From contig CBFFRQ010000038.1 in assembly GCA_965644315.1 (NCBI GenBank), forward strand, positions 186,001 through 250,000: 64,000 bases of DNA, given 5' to 3'. A program made the translations under genes and the position numbers. Below are positions 10,601 through 19,776 of this stretch, piece after piece; positions within the stretch are counted from its first letter, which is position 1, and the number at the start of each line of letters is the position of its first letter. This DNA is from Caecitellus pseudoparvulus. Its lineage: Eukaryota > Protista > Bigyra: Bicosoecida. The notes below the pieces were generated by a model. It was not told where the DNA came from. It saw only the letters and a program-made list of their open reading frames with translations, and made no database searches.

Positions 10601-13600
10601 GTGGACGGGCGGGTGCAGAACATGCTGGTGTTCGAGCAAGAGTGGTTGGCAGAGCAAAGGACAGCAGCGCCTTCTTGCACAATGATGGCGTTGTCGCCTG
10701 AGGTGATCGAACAGCTGTGCGGTTCATCGCAGTTGAGTGAAGTGTTGGACAGAGGAGGTGCTGTTGGGCAGCCACTGCACATGCACAAGCGAGAGCTGGA
10801 GGGAATGGGACCATTTTGCATGGAGCAATTGATGGCGGAGGGAGATGGGGGCGGGCATGAGCTTGCGAAGGGGGATCCGGAAACGTCCAAAGCTGCTAGA
10901 CTGGTGAGGCTGTCAAACAAGCCCAACGGCAAACTCTTCAAAACATAGCTGTTGCTCAGGTCTATTTCTGTGATGCTGCTCGGGCTATCAAACACGCCGG
11001 GTGACAGGCTGGTCAGGAAGTTTCCTCTCAAATCCAGGCCTGTCAGGCTGGTGAGATTGGCAAACACACCCACAGGCAGGCTGGTCAGATCGTTGCTGCT
11101 CAGGGACAGGTCGGTGAGGCTGGTGAGATTGGCAAATACGCCCACAGGCAGGCTGGTCAGATCGTTGCTGGTCAGGGACAGCTGTGTGAGGCTGGTGAGA
11201 TTGGCAAACACACCCACAGGCAGGCTCGTCAGATCATTGCCGACCAGATCTAGGTATGTCAGGCTTGTGAGGGCATCAAACACGCCCACAGGCAGACTGG
11301 CCAGATCGTTGGATCCCAGATTCAGGTATGTCAGGCTTGTGAGGGTATCAAACACGCCCACAGGCAGACTCGTCAGATCATTGCCGGCCAGATTCAGGCT
11401 TGTCAGGCTTGTGAAGTTGTCAAACACGCCCACAGGCAGAATCGTCAGATCGATGCTGAACAGGCTCAAGCTTCTGAGGCTTGTGAGGGTATCAAACACG
11501 CCCACAGGTAGACTCGTCAGATCGTTGTATCCCAGATTCAGGTATGTGAGCCTGGTGAGGGTATCAAACACGCCCACAGGCAGACTGGCCAGATCGTTGG
11601 ATCCCAGATCCAGGCTTGTGAGCCTGGTGAAGTTGTCAAACACGCCCACAGGCAGACTCGTCAGATCGTTGGATCCCAGATCCAAGCTTGTGAGCCTGGT
11701 GAAGTTGTCAAACACGCCCACAGGCAGACTCGTCAGATCGTTGTATCCCAGACTCAGGCTTGTGAGCCTGGTGAGGGCATCAAACACGCCCACAGGCAGA
11801 CTCGTCAGATCGTTGGATCCCAGATCCAGGCTTGTGAGCCTGGTGAGGGTATCAAACACGCCCACAGGCAGACTCGTCAGATCATTGCCGACCAGATTCA
11901 GGATGGTCAGGCTGGTGAGGTTGTCAAACACGCCCACAGGCAGACTCGTCAGATCGTTGGATCCCAGACTCAGGCTTGTCAGGCTTGTGAGGGTATCAAA
12001 CACGCCCACAGGCAGACTGGCCAGATCGTTAGATCGCAGATCCAGCCTTATGACGCTGGTGAGGGTATCAAACACGCCCACAGGCAGACTCGTCAGATCA
12101 TTGCCGGCCAGATCCAGGCTTGTGAGCCTGGTGAAGTTGTCAAACACGCCCACAGGTAGACTCGTCAGATCATTGCCGGCCAGATTCAGGCTTGTGAGCC
12201 TGGTGAGGGTATCAAACACGCCCACAGGCAGACTCGTCAGATCGTTGTATCCCAGACTCAGGCTTGTGAGCCTGGTGAAGTTGTCAAACACGCCCACAGG
12301 CAGACTCGTCAGATCGTTGGATCCCAGATCCAAGCTTGTGAGCCTGGTGAAGTTGTCAAACACGCCCACAGGCAGACTCGTCAGATCGTTATTACGCAGG
12401 CTCAGGCTTGTGAGGGTATCAAACACGCCCACAGGCAGACTCGTCAGATCGTTGGATCCCAGATCCAGGCTTGTGAGCCTGGTGAAGTTGTCAAACACGC
12501 CCACAGGTAGACTCGTCAGATCGTTGTATCCCAGACTCAAGCTGGTAAGGGTATCAAACATGCCCACAGGCAGGCTCGTCAGACCGTTGTATCCCAGATC
12601 CAGGCTTGTCAGGCTTGTGAGGGTATCAAACACGCCCACAGGTAGACTCGTCAGATCGTTGGATCCCAGACTCAGGCTTGTGAGCCTGGTGAAGTTGTCA
12701 AACACGCCCACAGGCAGACTCGTCAGATCGTTGTTACGCAGGCTCAGGCTGGTGAGGGTATCAAACATGCCCACAGGTAGACTCGTCAGGTCGTTGCCGG
12801 CCAGATTCAGGTATGTCAGGCTTGTGAGGGTATCAAACACGCCCACAGGCAGGCTCGTCAGATCGTTGGATCCCAGACTCAGGCTTGTGAGCCTGGTGAA
12901 GTTGTCAAACACGCCCACAGGCAGGCTCGTCAGACCGTTGTATCCCAGATCCAGGTATGTGAGCCTGGTGAAGTTGTCAAACACGCCCACAGGCAGACTC
13001 GTCAGATCGTTGCCGGCCAGATCCAGGCTTGTGAGGGTATCAAGCATGCCTACAGGCAGACTCGTCAGGTCGTTGGATCTCAGATCCAAGCTTGCGAGCC
13101 TGGTGAAGCTGTCAAACACGCCCACAGGCAGACTCGTCAGATCATTGGATCCCAGATCCAGGCTTGTCAGGCGTGTGAGGGTATCAAACACGCCCACAGG
13201 CAGACTCGTCAGATCGTTGTATCCCAGATCCAGGCTTGTCAGGCTTGTGAGGGTATCAAACACGCCCACAGGTAGACTCGTCAGATCGTTGGATCCCAGA
13301 CTCAGGCTTGTCAGGCTTGTGAGGGTATCAAACATGCCCACAGGCAGGCTCGTCAGATCGTTGTATCCCAGATTCAGGTATGTCAGGCTTGTGAGGGTAT
13401 CAAACACGCCCACAGGCAGACTCGTCAGATCATTGCCGGCCAAATTCAGGTATGTCAGGCTTGTGAGGGTATCAAACACGCCCACAGGCAGACTCGTCAT
13501 ATCGTTGCCGGCCAGATTCAGGATGGTCAGGCTTGTGAGGGTATCAAACACGCCCACAGGCAGACTCGTCAGATCGTTGGATCCCAGATTCAGGTATGTC

Positions 13601-15075
13601 AGGCTTGTGAGGGTATCAAACACGCCCACAGGTAGACTCGTCAGATCATTGCCGGCCAGATTCAGGCTTGTCAGGCTTGTGAGGGTATCAAACACACCCA
13701 CAGGCAGACTCGTCAGATCATTGCTGCTCAGGTCCAGGTATGTCAGGCTGGTCAGGTTGTCAAACACGCCCGCAGGCAGACTCGTCAGATCATTGCTGCT
13801 CAGGTACAGCTCTGCAAGGCTGGTCAGGTTGTCAAACACACCCACGGGCAGGCTGATCAGATCGTTGTTGTTCAGGTAAAGCTCTGTGAGGCTCGCAAGG
13901 CTGTCGAACACACCCACAGGCAGGCTGGTCAGATCGTTGCCGCCCAGATTCAGGCTTGTCAGGCTTGTGAGGTTGTCAAACATGCCCACAGGTAGACTCG
14001 TCATATCGTTGGATCCCAGACTCAGGCTTGTCAGGTTGGTGAGGGTATCAAACACGCCCACAGGCAGACTCGTCAGATCATTGCCGGCCAGATTCAGGCT
14101 TGTCAGGCTTGTGAGGTTGTCAAACACGCCCACAGGTAGACTCGTCAGATCGTTGGATCCCAGATCCAGGCTTGTGAGCCTGGTGAAGTTGTCAAACACG
14201 CCCACAGGCAGACTCGTCAGATCGTTGTATCCCAGACTCAGGCTTGTGAGCCTGGTGAAGTTGTCAAACACGCCCACAGGCAGACTCGTCAGATCGTTGG
14301 ATCCCAGATCCAGGCTTGTCAGGCTTGTGAGGGTATCAAACACGCCCACAGGCAGACTCGTCAGGTCGTTGGATCCCAGACTCAGGCTTGTGAGCCTGGT
14401 GAAGTTGTCAAACACGCCCACAGGCAGACTCGTCAGATCGTTGGATCCCAGATTCAGGTGTGTCAGGCTTGTGAGGGTATCAAACACGCCCACAGGCAGG
14501 CTCGTCAGATCATTGCCGCCCAGATTCAGGTATGTCAGGCTTGTGAAGTTGTCAAACACGCCCACAGGCAGACTCGTCAGGTCGTTGTTGTTCAGGTATA
14601 GCTCTGTGAGGCTCGCAAGGCTGTCGAACACACCCACAGGCAGGCTCACTAGATTATTGTGACTCAGGGCCAAGCTCGTGACACCATAGAGGCTGTCAAA
14701 CACACCCTCAGACAGGTTGACTACGTTGTTCCTATGAATGCGGAGAGTTGCTAGGCTTGTGAGGCCGTCAAACACACCCACAGGCAGACTCGTCAGGTCG
14801 TTGTTGTTCAGGTACAGCTCTGTGAGGCTCGCAAGGCCGTCAAACACACCCACAGGCAGGCTGGTCAGATCGTTGCCGCTCAGGTCCAGGGTTGTGAGGC
14901 TGGTCAAGTTCTGAAAAGCAGTCGCGTAAATGCTCGTAAGCGCACTTTCTGAGACTTGCAGGGTTGTGTATGGGCACGCGTTGCAGTCTGTCAAGGTGCC
15001 GTTCTCCACGCTACAACATGCAGGGACGCCTCCCATCACATCGGCCCACAGACTCGCCAAGCACACCACCCACAT
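7618..15075 (-). CDS. Giant intronless LRR surface receptor: signal peptide, ~58 LRRs, Cys-rich region, Ser/Thr stalk, Cys-rich juxtamembrane motif, ~7-9 TM helices, cytoplasmic tail
   Basis: Single ORF 7618-15447. Likely start at MWVVCLASLWADVMGG (15075) or MLARRK (15129). Repeat LTSLTxLxLxxNDLTSLPVGVFD; S/T/P stalk ~9960-10465; CQPGHGGLACQTCTDGW...CRQC before several hydrophobic segments at ~8400-9690. Confidence 0.85.
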   Translation of the reverse strand: MWVVCLASLWADVMGGVPACCSVENGTLTDCNACPYTTLQVSESALTSIYATAFQNLTSLTTLDLSGNDLTSLPVGVFDGLASLTELYLNNNDLTSLPVGVFDGLTSLATLRIHRNNVVNLSEGVFDSLYGVTSLALSHNNLVSLPVGVFDSLASLTELYLNNNDLTSLPVGVFDNFTSLTYLNLGGNDLTSLPVGVFDTLTSLTHLNLGSNDLTSLPVGVFDNFTRLTSLSLGSNDLTSLPVGVFDTLTSLTSLDLGSNDLTSLPVGVFDNFTRLTSLSLGYNDLTSLPVGVFDNFTRLTSLDLGSNDLTSLPVGVFDNLTSLTSLNLAGNDLTSLPVGVFDTLTNLTSLSLGSNDMTSLPVGMFDNLTSLTSLNLGGNDLTSLPVGVFDSLASLTELYLNNNDLISLPVGVFDNLTSLAELYLSSNDLTSLPAGVFDNLTSLTYLDLSSNDLTSLPVGVFDTLTSLTSLNLAGNDLTSLPVGVFDTLTSLTYLNLGSNDLTSLPVGVFDTLTSLTILNLAGNDMTSLPVGVFDTLTSLTYLNLAGNDLTSLPVGVFDTLTSLTYLNLGYNDLTSLPVGMFDTLTSLTSLSLGSNDLTSLPVGVFDTLTSLTSLDLGYNDLTSLPVGVFDTLTRLTSLDLGSNDLTSLPVGVFDSFTRLASLDLRSNDLTSLPVGMLDTLTSLDLAGNDLTSLPVGVFDNFTRLTYLDLGYNGLTSLPVGVFDNFTRLTSLSLGSNDLTSLPVGVFDTLTSLTYLNLAGNDLTSLPVGMFDTLTSLSLRNNDLTSLPVGVFDNFTRLTSLSLGSNDLTSLPVGVFDTLTSLTSLDLGYNGLTSLPVGMFDTLTSLSLGYNDLTSLPVGVFDNFTRLTSLDLGSNDLTSLPVGVFDTLTSLSLRNNDLTSLPVGVFDNFTRLTSLDLGSNDLTSLPVGVFDNFTRLTSLSLGYNDLTSLPVGVFDTLTRLTSLNLAGNDLTSLPVGVFDNFTRLTSLDLAGNDLTSLPVGVFDTLTSVIRLDLRSNDLASLPVGVFDTLTSLTSLSLGSNDLTSLPVGVFDNLTSLTILNLVGNDLTSLPVGVFDTLTRLTSLDLGSNDLTSLPVGVFDALTRLTSLSLGYNDLTSLPVGVFDNFTRLTSLDLGSNDLTSLPVGVFDNFTRLTSLDLGSNDLASLPVGVFDTLTRLTYLNLGYNDLTSLPVGVFDTLTSLRSLSLFSIDLTILPVGVFDNFTSLTSLNLAGNDLTSLPVGVFDTLTSLTYLNLGSNDLASLPVGVFDALTSLTYLDLVGNDLTSLPVGVFANLTSLTQLSLTSNDLTSLPVGVFANLTSLTDLSLSSNDLTSLPVGVFANLTSLTGLDLRGNFLTSLSPGVFDSPSSITEIDLSNSYVLKSLPLGLFDSLTSLAALDVSGSPFASSCPPPSPSAINCSMQNGPIPSSSRLCMCSGCPTAPPLSNTSLNCDEPHSCSITSGDNAIIVQEGAAVLCSANHSCSNTSMFCTRPSTPGLCSISCTGEGSCMGSTLYGVWNCTAGICPAAVDVVCLPGQIVPLGTPSPTPSHTPSPSVTPSSTPSASHTPTVTPTSSVTSSTSVTPSGSASPTASASQTSTASLTPTATSTTTTTPSSTASPTTTCSPTPSTTSSSTISSSNTPSVTPSASSSRSSSSSASPTRTITPSTTMTSSPTAAPSHSSTISPTAPASPSPSAVTHPSPPHSAWALTHPSLNPAAAPYTVPRFPAQLACAQHCSSPQALILPCPRPGSCLPHADVRLLKACQPGHGGLACQTCTDGWAATSPCTTCRQCPYNGVAPGIVKAGATAVQMALGLVMSLFAVHGYARAPDRVATTLFSGGLRLAMWYIGMAGQVALLVADTPGTLQAAAHTLGQWTDVCGMAQPWRAGQEQTLPPNGTLYASQLEPAQGVDVLGILGALTGRAGVATMPSAGCLMGGGDSRSPHDIANIIMAVYGAVLLCVSAAVLWCARAAPGKTWTTIFLLLAPAAYMQVVPSVIQGQARIVGLQPVWRGMSGPDDVAGHAADVGGYAASLTLQCLAATVGVLSVLAWRQWRRSQHLLPRGATIPAFCSKGYRTQYTPQQAVRLAHATGAGKAFQAAAFAAARASERACCGAGRLLPTHAFPALQMALVVLVAVMGSMTTSTVARIVCVGVGVAGSMALVQHRRPWALAELSDLDVLAHGGILVQVVCVGVGTVGGGLATAASFISGIGHVLVLLWLAMAVARGYSGRVRALLALVGRRLRAWLPELGPTSAGSGSSGQLGDVTDSQVPGVGSIVWALAQRCVRRGEVRPAASRPASDVLSVLGMVQEQGLSVETGMAEVVGDSGSTLVVMPAGSDAQLPTQGTATKSGIPPLRPNPLASVESGRRLQGTNPVFRRSSVTQPTLVPRPTTKPNTLYPQRAPDLPVLPLPASGSQRSGRSVAGAGSTVLGLLSARSPAASRQPFPELTVPEANRRLSVDRHLDERGRVSFSAARPQQSSVRKSVNLC
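10880..14965 (-). repeat. Coding tandem array of 72-bp units (four 63-bp variants), ~58 LRRs including caps
   Basis: The + strand core tcaaacacgcccacaggcagactcgtcagatc recurs every 72 bp. Units were counted from LxLxxN motifs in the translation. Confidence 0.95.
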
Positions 15076-17970
15076 GATTCTTTTCCACCCTGCTTCCGTT
15101 GCTGTCATCCTTTTCCTCCTAGCTAGCATGCCTGCGCGGTTTGCTGTGCCAGGGCGCAGAATGGTCTGCGAGGTCGATTTCACGCCTCGCATTTCTGAGC
15201 CGCCACGTGCACGAGCCAGGATCCCTGTTGGGTGCAGCCCTGTCTTCCAGGTATTCATCATGCACAAATGGCCATAAGAAGTGCAACTGCTTGCGTCTCT
15301 GCGCCATTCACACTGCACCGTCGTTGTCGCCTGTACTTGCATCTTGGCCACGCTCCCACGCGGTTTGCCCAAACAGTGCCCTTGAGGCCTGCCCGTGCGC
15401 GAGCCGACAGGCAGGCAGGAAACGCGAGTCGCCTTCAATTGATTCACGTGTCCTCTGGCTCAAGGAAAACAACGCGCAACCTCGTCGTGTCAACAGAGTG
15501 AAGAAGACGTCTGACATGAACAGGTCGACGCGAGCCTCACTCCTCAGGTCACAACTTGAAGCAGAGGCTGCGATGCTGCCCAATCGACTGGGTAGTGTTT
15601 GATTTTGTGTGGTCAATGCTCTCGTGTGCAAAGTGCGCTGCGCGCAAGGAGGCGCTGGGGGGGCTCAAACTGAGCAAGGTTGGGGCTGGCTCAGTTTCGC
15701 TCGAAACGCAAGTTGACCTTTCCACGTCACCTTGTGAGGCAGCTGCAAGCGAGCACACCATCTGGTTCCCGGTGACGCACATCCCTCCATGACGCATGAA
15801 CACCGCATCCCTGACCTCCCTCTGTTCGCACCCAAGGTGGGCCTGTGGTGTTGACTGTGCTGAGGCGTGCCACCCACGACGCACCACAAGTCGCACTTCG
15901 ACAATATTCCATCCGCAGCGGCCTGCCTTAGCGAATACACCATCAATCGATGTTCTCTGTGCATCAATTGTCGCGGTTTTGAACCGGGTGGCAAGGCCCT
16001 GCGAACGCCACTTGACCAGCACGACCACTCCAACAAATTCCACTGCATACCTATGTTGGGGCCAAACACGGCCAACGCGGCCCGCCACGGTTGCTGCAAC
16101 ATGTTCGATGATCATTTTCGACTCGGGTGTGAATCTGGCGGTCCGTTCCTCCAGCGAAGTCTCCCTGCCTTCGACGCTTCCAACCGGAGCGCAAGCTTGG
16201 GACACGCAGCTGCCGTAAGGGTGGCTGCAGGATTTGAGTTTTTCACAGCTCGAACATCACCCAGGATAATGGGATCACGCTCACGTCTCTCAACACAACT
16301 CTGCTCCGCAGTAGTGGTCGACTTTCTTCGCCAGCTCCACGCATTGACTCTCCCATGAGGGTCACAGGATCAGGCCTCAGCAGTCCAATATGGTATGCAC
16401 CCACAAGCCGACACATAAGCTCCGTGCCGACATTAAACGTTCTTAGTCGGTTTAGCATTCTCTGTCAGCGAAACATCGGTCCTAGACCTGGATGTTGGGA
16501 GAGTCTGTAAGCCCAGCCAAGCAGCACCAGGAAGCGACCCACTGACCATAATACACGCCCAGATGGCACTGGCACGCGCACTATGGTGTAATTGCTTGCA
16601 GTGCAGCTCTCAGTTCGTGCCTCCTTCTCTATGGCGCTCCTGCCGTGCAGGCCCCCTCCACCAGCTGCAGCTTGAGAACCACGCAGCAAGCATGGACGCA
16701 AGCGAACCAGCCACACTCCAGGACCAACACTTCAAGCCGTACGAGCGCATCATGCAGCATACCACCGTGTGATTTGGTCTTCCTATAGCGCCAATCTCGC
16801 CATATGCTTGCTCGGAGCCTCCCTCTTCGTTTCCACTGCCATGTACCAGTTTCCGCACCCTTTCACCAGCCACGCCAGCAGTCAGTGTTGGTCAAAGTCG
16901 ACCTCGATCCGCTAAATAATCATACCGCCCATGAAATGGATCAGCATTCGGTGCAATGATACACTTAACTGCGGGAGAAATTTGCCCTGCCTCTGCCGCT
17001 GCTGTACTTCAGCGGGCTGTGGTCTCAGACTGGCGCAGCTGACAGTCCCCAAGCACAACCGGCACATCCTGTGCCCAAGGGTCCCCATTCAGGAATCGCA
17101 AGTCATGATCAATGATGCACATTCACCCTGATGCTCAGTTCTGACCCCAAGCCCCGACGAGCGAAATTCCACCCGCTGCCCTGGTTCGCATTAGACTCGT
17201 TCTGTTCAGTTGAGTCTGTGAGCCAAAGCCTTTCGACGAAATACGCACAAGCTACGAGTAAACATTCCACAAAAGTAACCGTGGTTACACCCAAAAAGCG
17301 AAGCGTTTGTATTTCATGAACTTCAGCGCCTTCGAAACGGAATCCCCTCAAGCTCGGGCGAGCTCTCCTGGTCTAGGTGCCAAGGCACCCTTCCCCAGGA
17401 CGAGAGAGAAGGAAGAAAGACAGGAAAAATTGAAACAGACAGGTACTCCGTGAACGGTGCTGTCAGAGGGGGGATCTGTGCTTGGAAGGTGGAGAGGTAC
17501 TGAGCTTGCCCCAGTCGACACTGACACCCCTCCCCGAGTGCAGAACCCCCCCCTTGCGGGAAGGCAACAACAAAAGCGTGAAACGGACACATCCTCCGCT
17601 ACGGCATAAAACCAACCGAACCACCTCATGGACGACGGAAACCCAGTCTGAAACACAAGCATATTTTGTCAGTTGATCACCCGATTTCGGTGCGAATTTG
17701 GTGATCGAGGACTGTGTCAGGTGGTGTGTGCTCTTCTTTTAGGGGTTGCGGTTTCTGCACAAGATGCCCAGCCGCATTCTTCGCATATACACCGATACAG
17801 CCCCTGCAATTGGACCTCCGCAGGCTTGACAACATCTTCGTTCCGCGTCTCCCTCTGTTGCACACTTGCTGCTCTTCTGCGCGACGTCACGGAGCGTAGC
17901 TTGTACTTGCCTTCTTCAACCTGAGTCTTCAACTTCAACACCAGCCACAAGCATCCTCGCGGCAATCACC

Positions 17971-19062
17971 ATGGCAACCTTCGATGACCCAGCACATCTC
18001 AAGAGTCAATGGAAAGTTGCTTGTGAAGAGAAGAGTGCAGATCAGCTGTGGCAACTCTTGCAGCAAGCCAGCGCTGAGACTGACACCCTGACTGAAGCAC
18101 TGGATAGTTCAGACACAACAGCTGGGTTCCAAGTTGGTTGCCCAGAAGGCCATTTGGACCTGATGCGTGGCTTGCTAGCTCTGACAGGTAGCCTGGCTGT
18201 GGATGTGCATGCGGCGGATAAGCTTGGACCCGAAGCTGCCTTCCGACGTGCATGCTACAGAGGCCATACAGACATCGTACGTGAGCTGCTAGCTCTCACT
18301 GGGGCGCGGGAAGTGGATGTGCATGCAGCAGATGCTATTGGACCCGAGGCGGCCTTCCGAGGGGCAAGCCACAATGGTCGCACAGACGTTGTGCGTGAGC
18401 TGCTGGCCCTGACTGGGGCGCGGGAAGTGGACGTGCACGCAGCGGATAAGGCCGGACCTGAGGCCGCCTTGCGCTTTGCCTGCCGCAATGGCCACACAGA
18501 CGTTGTGCGTGAGCTGCTAGCTCTGACTGGGGCGCGGGAAGTGGATGTGCATGTTGCGGATAGGGATGGACCTGAGGCCGCCCTCCGAGAAGCAAGCTCC
18601 AATGGTCGCACAGACGTTGTGCGTGAGCTGCTGGCCCTGACTGGGGCGCGGGAAGTGGACGTGCACGCAGCGGATGAGTTTGGGCCTGAGGCCGCCATGC
18701 GCATGGCATGCGCCAATGGCCACACAGACGTTGTGCGTGAGCTGCTAGCATTGACTGGGGCGCGGGAAGTGGATGTGCATGCGGCGGGCTGGGATGGACC
18801 TGAGGCGGCCTTCCGAGAGGCATGCGCCAAGGGTCAGACAGACGTTGTGCGTGAGCTGCTAGCTCTGGCTGGGACGCGGGAAGTGGACGTGCACGCGGCA
18901 GACCTGGATGGACCCGATGCTGCCTTCCGAGAAGCAAGCGCCAACGGGCAAACAGACGTCCTGCGTGAGCTGTTGGACCTCACGGGTGAAAGAGCCATCC
19001 CAGCCCACATCCGGCAACAAGAAAGTGTGACAGTCACGCATGCTGCAGGCGATGCAGAATGA
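17971..19062 (+). CDS. Intronless ankyrin-repeat protein with 7 near-identical 38-aa units
   Basis: ATG 17971. Unit VDVHAADxxGPEAAFRxAxxNGHTDVVRELLALTGARE matches the ankyrin helix-turn-helix pattern (A..NGH.DVVR.LL...VDV) with a longer loop. Confidence 0.85.
   Translation: MATFDDPAHLKSQWKVACEEKSADQLWQLLQQASAETDTLTEALDSSDTTAGFQVGCPEGHLDLMRGLLALTGSLAVDVHAADKLGPEAAFRRACYRGHTDIVRELLALTGAREVDVHAADAIGPEAAFRGASHNGRTDVVRELLALTGAREVDVHAADKAGPEAALRFACRNGHTDVVRELLALTGAREVDVHVADRDGPEAALREASSNGRTDVVRELLALTGAREVDVHAADEFGPEAAMRMACANGHTDVVRELLALTGAREVDVHAAGWDGPEAAFREACAKGQTDVVRELLALAGTREVDVHAADLDGPDAAFREASANGQTDVLRELLDLTGERAIPAHIRQQESVTVTHAAGDAE
18199..18996 (+). repeat. Coding tandem array, 7 x 114 bp
   Basis: Unit starts (gtggaYgtgcaY) at 18199, 18313, 18427, 18541, 18655, 18769 and 18883. 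Confidence 0.95.
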
Positions 19063-19776
19063 GTTGGCACCAGTACTCCGCGTGGGCGGCATGCGGTGCT
19101 CTTTCTGAGATCTAGTGGTGAGGGGCAAGCGTGATGGGGATGCCCCAATGCAGTGACGGTGGCCGGCAAGGCGCCAGGAGTGGCTTCCACGCATCCAACT
19201 TCACATGCACCTGGCCAGCGTGCACTGCTCGCAAGACGGACTGCAGCACCTGGACACCCGTATCAGGGCCGATCACTGGTATGTTGTGTCCCAGTACGAC
19301 GCGGCAGCCTGCACTGTGCAATACAGTGCCCCACCGCCACTCATTTAGCGGCCTCCTTGGTGTGTCTGTCAATCATGCCAGGGGCAGGCTAGGTGCTACT
19401 TGCATTCCAAGTGCCAGCTCTTGCCGAGCAGGGTGCTCCGCCGGGTGGCAAGACGCGCTTGCAGTCCCTGTGGTTTAGGCATGCATGAGTGCACCATGCA
19501 ATTGGTGTGGCCTTCTTCCTTCGAGCTATTTGTGTCCCTTGGATGGCTGATGCAGCCGCAGAACGGCACCAAGGCCAAGCGTTGCCTGCTTTCGCTGGTT
19601 CTTTTGATTGCAGTTAACCAAAGAATGCCAGCCGTCAGAGAAACCTGTGCCACAAGTGGCCGAGAGCCAAGTCGTCTCAAGAGAAACTGAGACCTTGGCG
19701 TGGAGTGGATGGCGAGCAACCCTCTCTTGCACGGTGCTCGCTTGCGCTTCAGCTGCAACTAGGCACCTGATACGGC

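Noticed and set aside
10952-14662. Long antisense ORFs (975 and 258 aa) over the LRR array
   Set aside because: Shadow of a tandem repeat whose reverse frame happens to lack stops; R/L/V/S-only composition, and it breaks exactly at a divergent unit.
10880-14965. CRISPR-like or satellite interpretation of the constant/variable periodic repeat
   Set aside because: Units are in-frame codons of one ORF, the variable parts are recurrent alleles rather than unique spacers, there are no cas genes, and the context is eukaryotic.
15500-17900. Silent LRR donor cassettes as in lamprey VLR loci
   Set aside because: No copies of the 72-bp unit were seen outside the ORF in this window.
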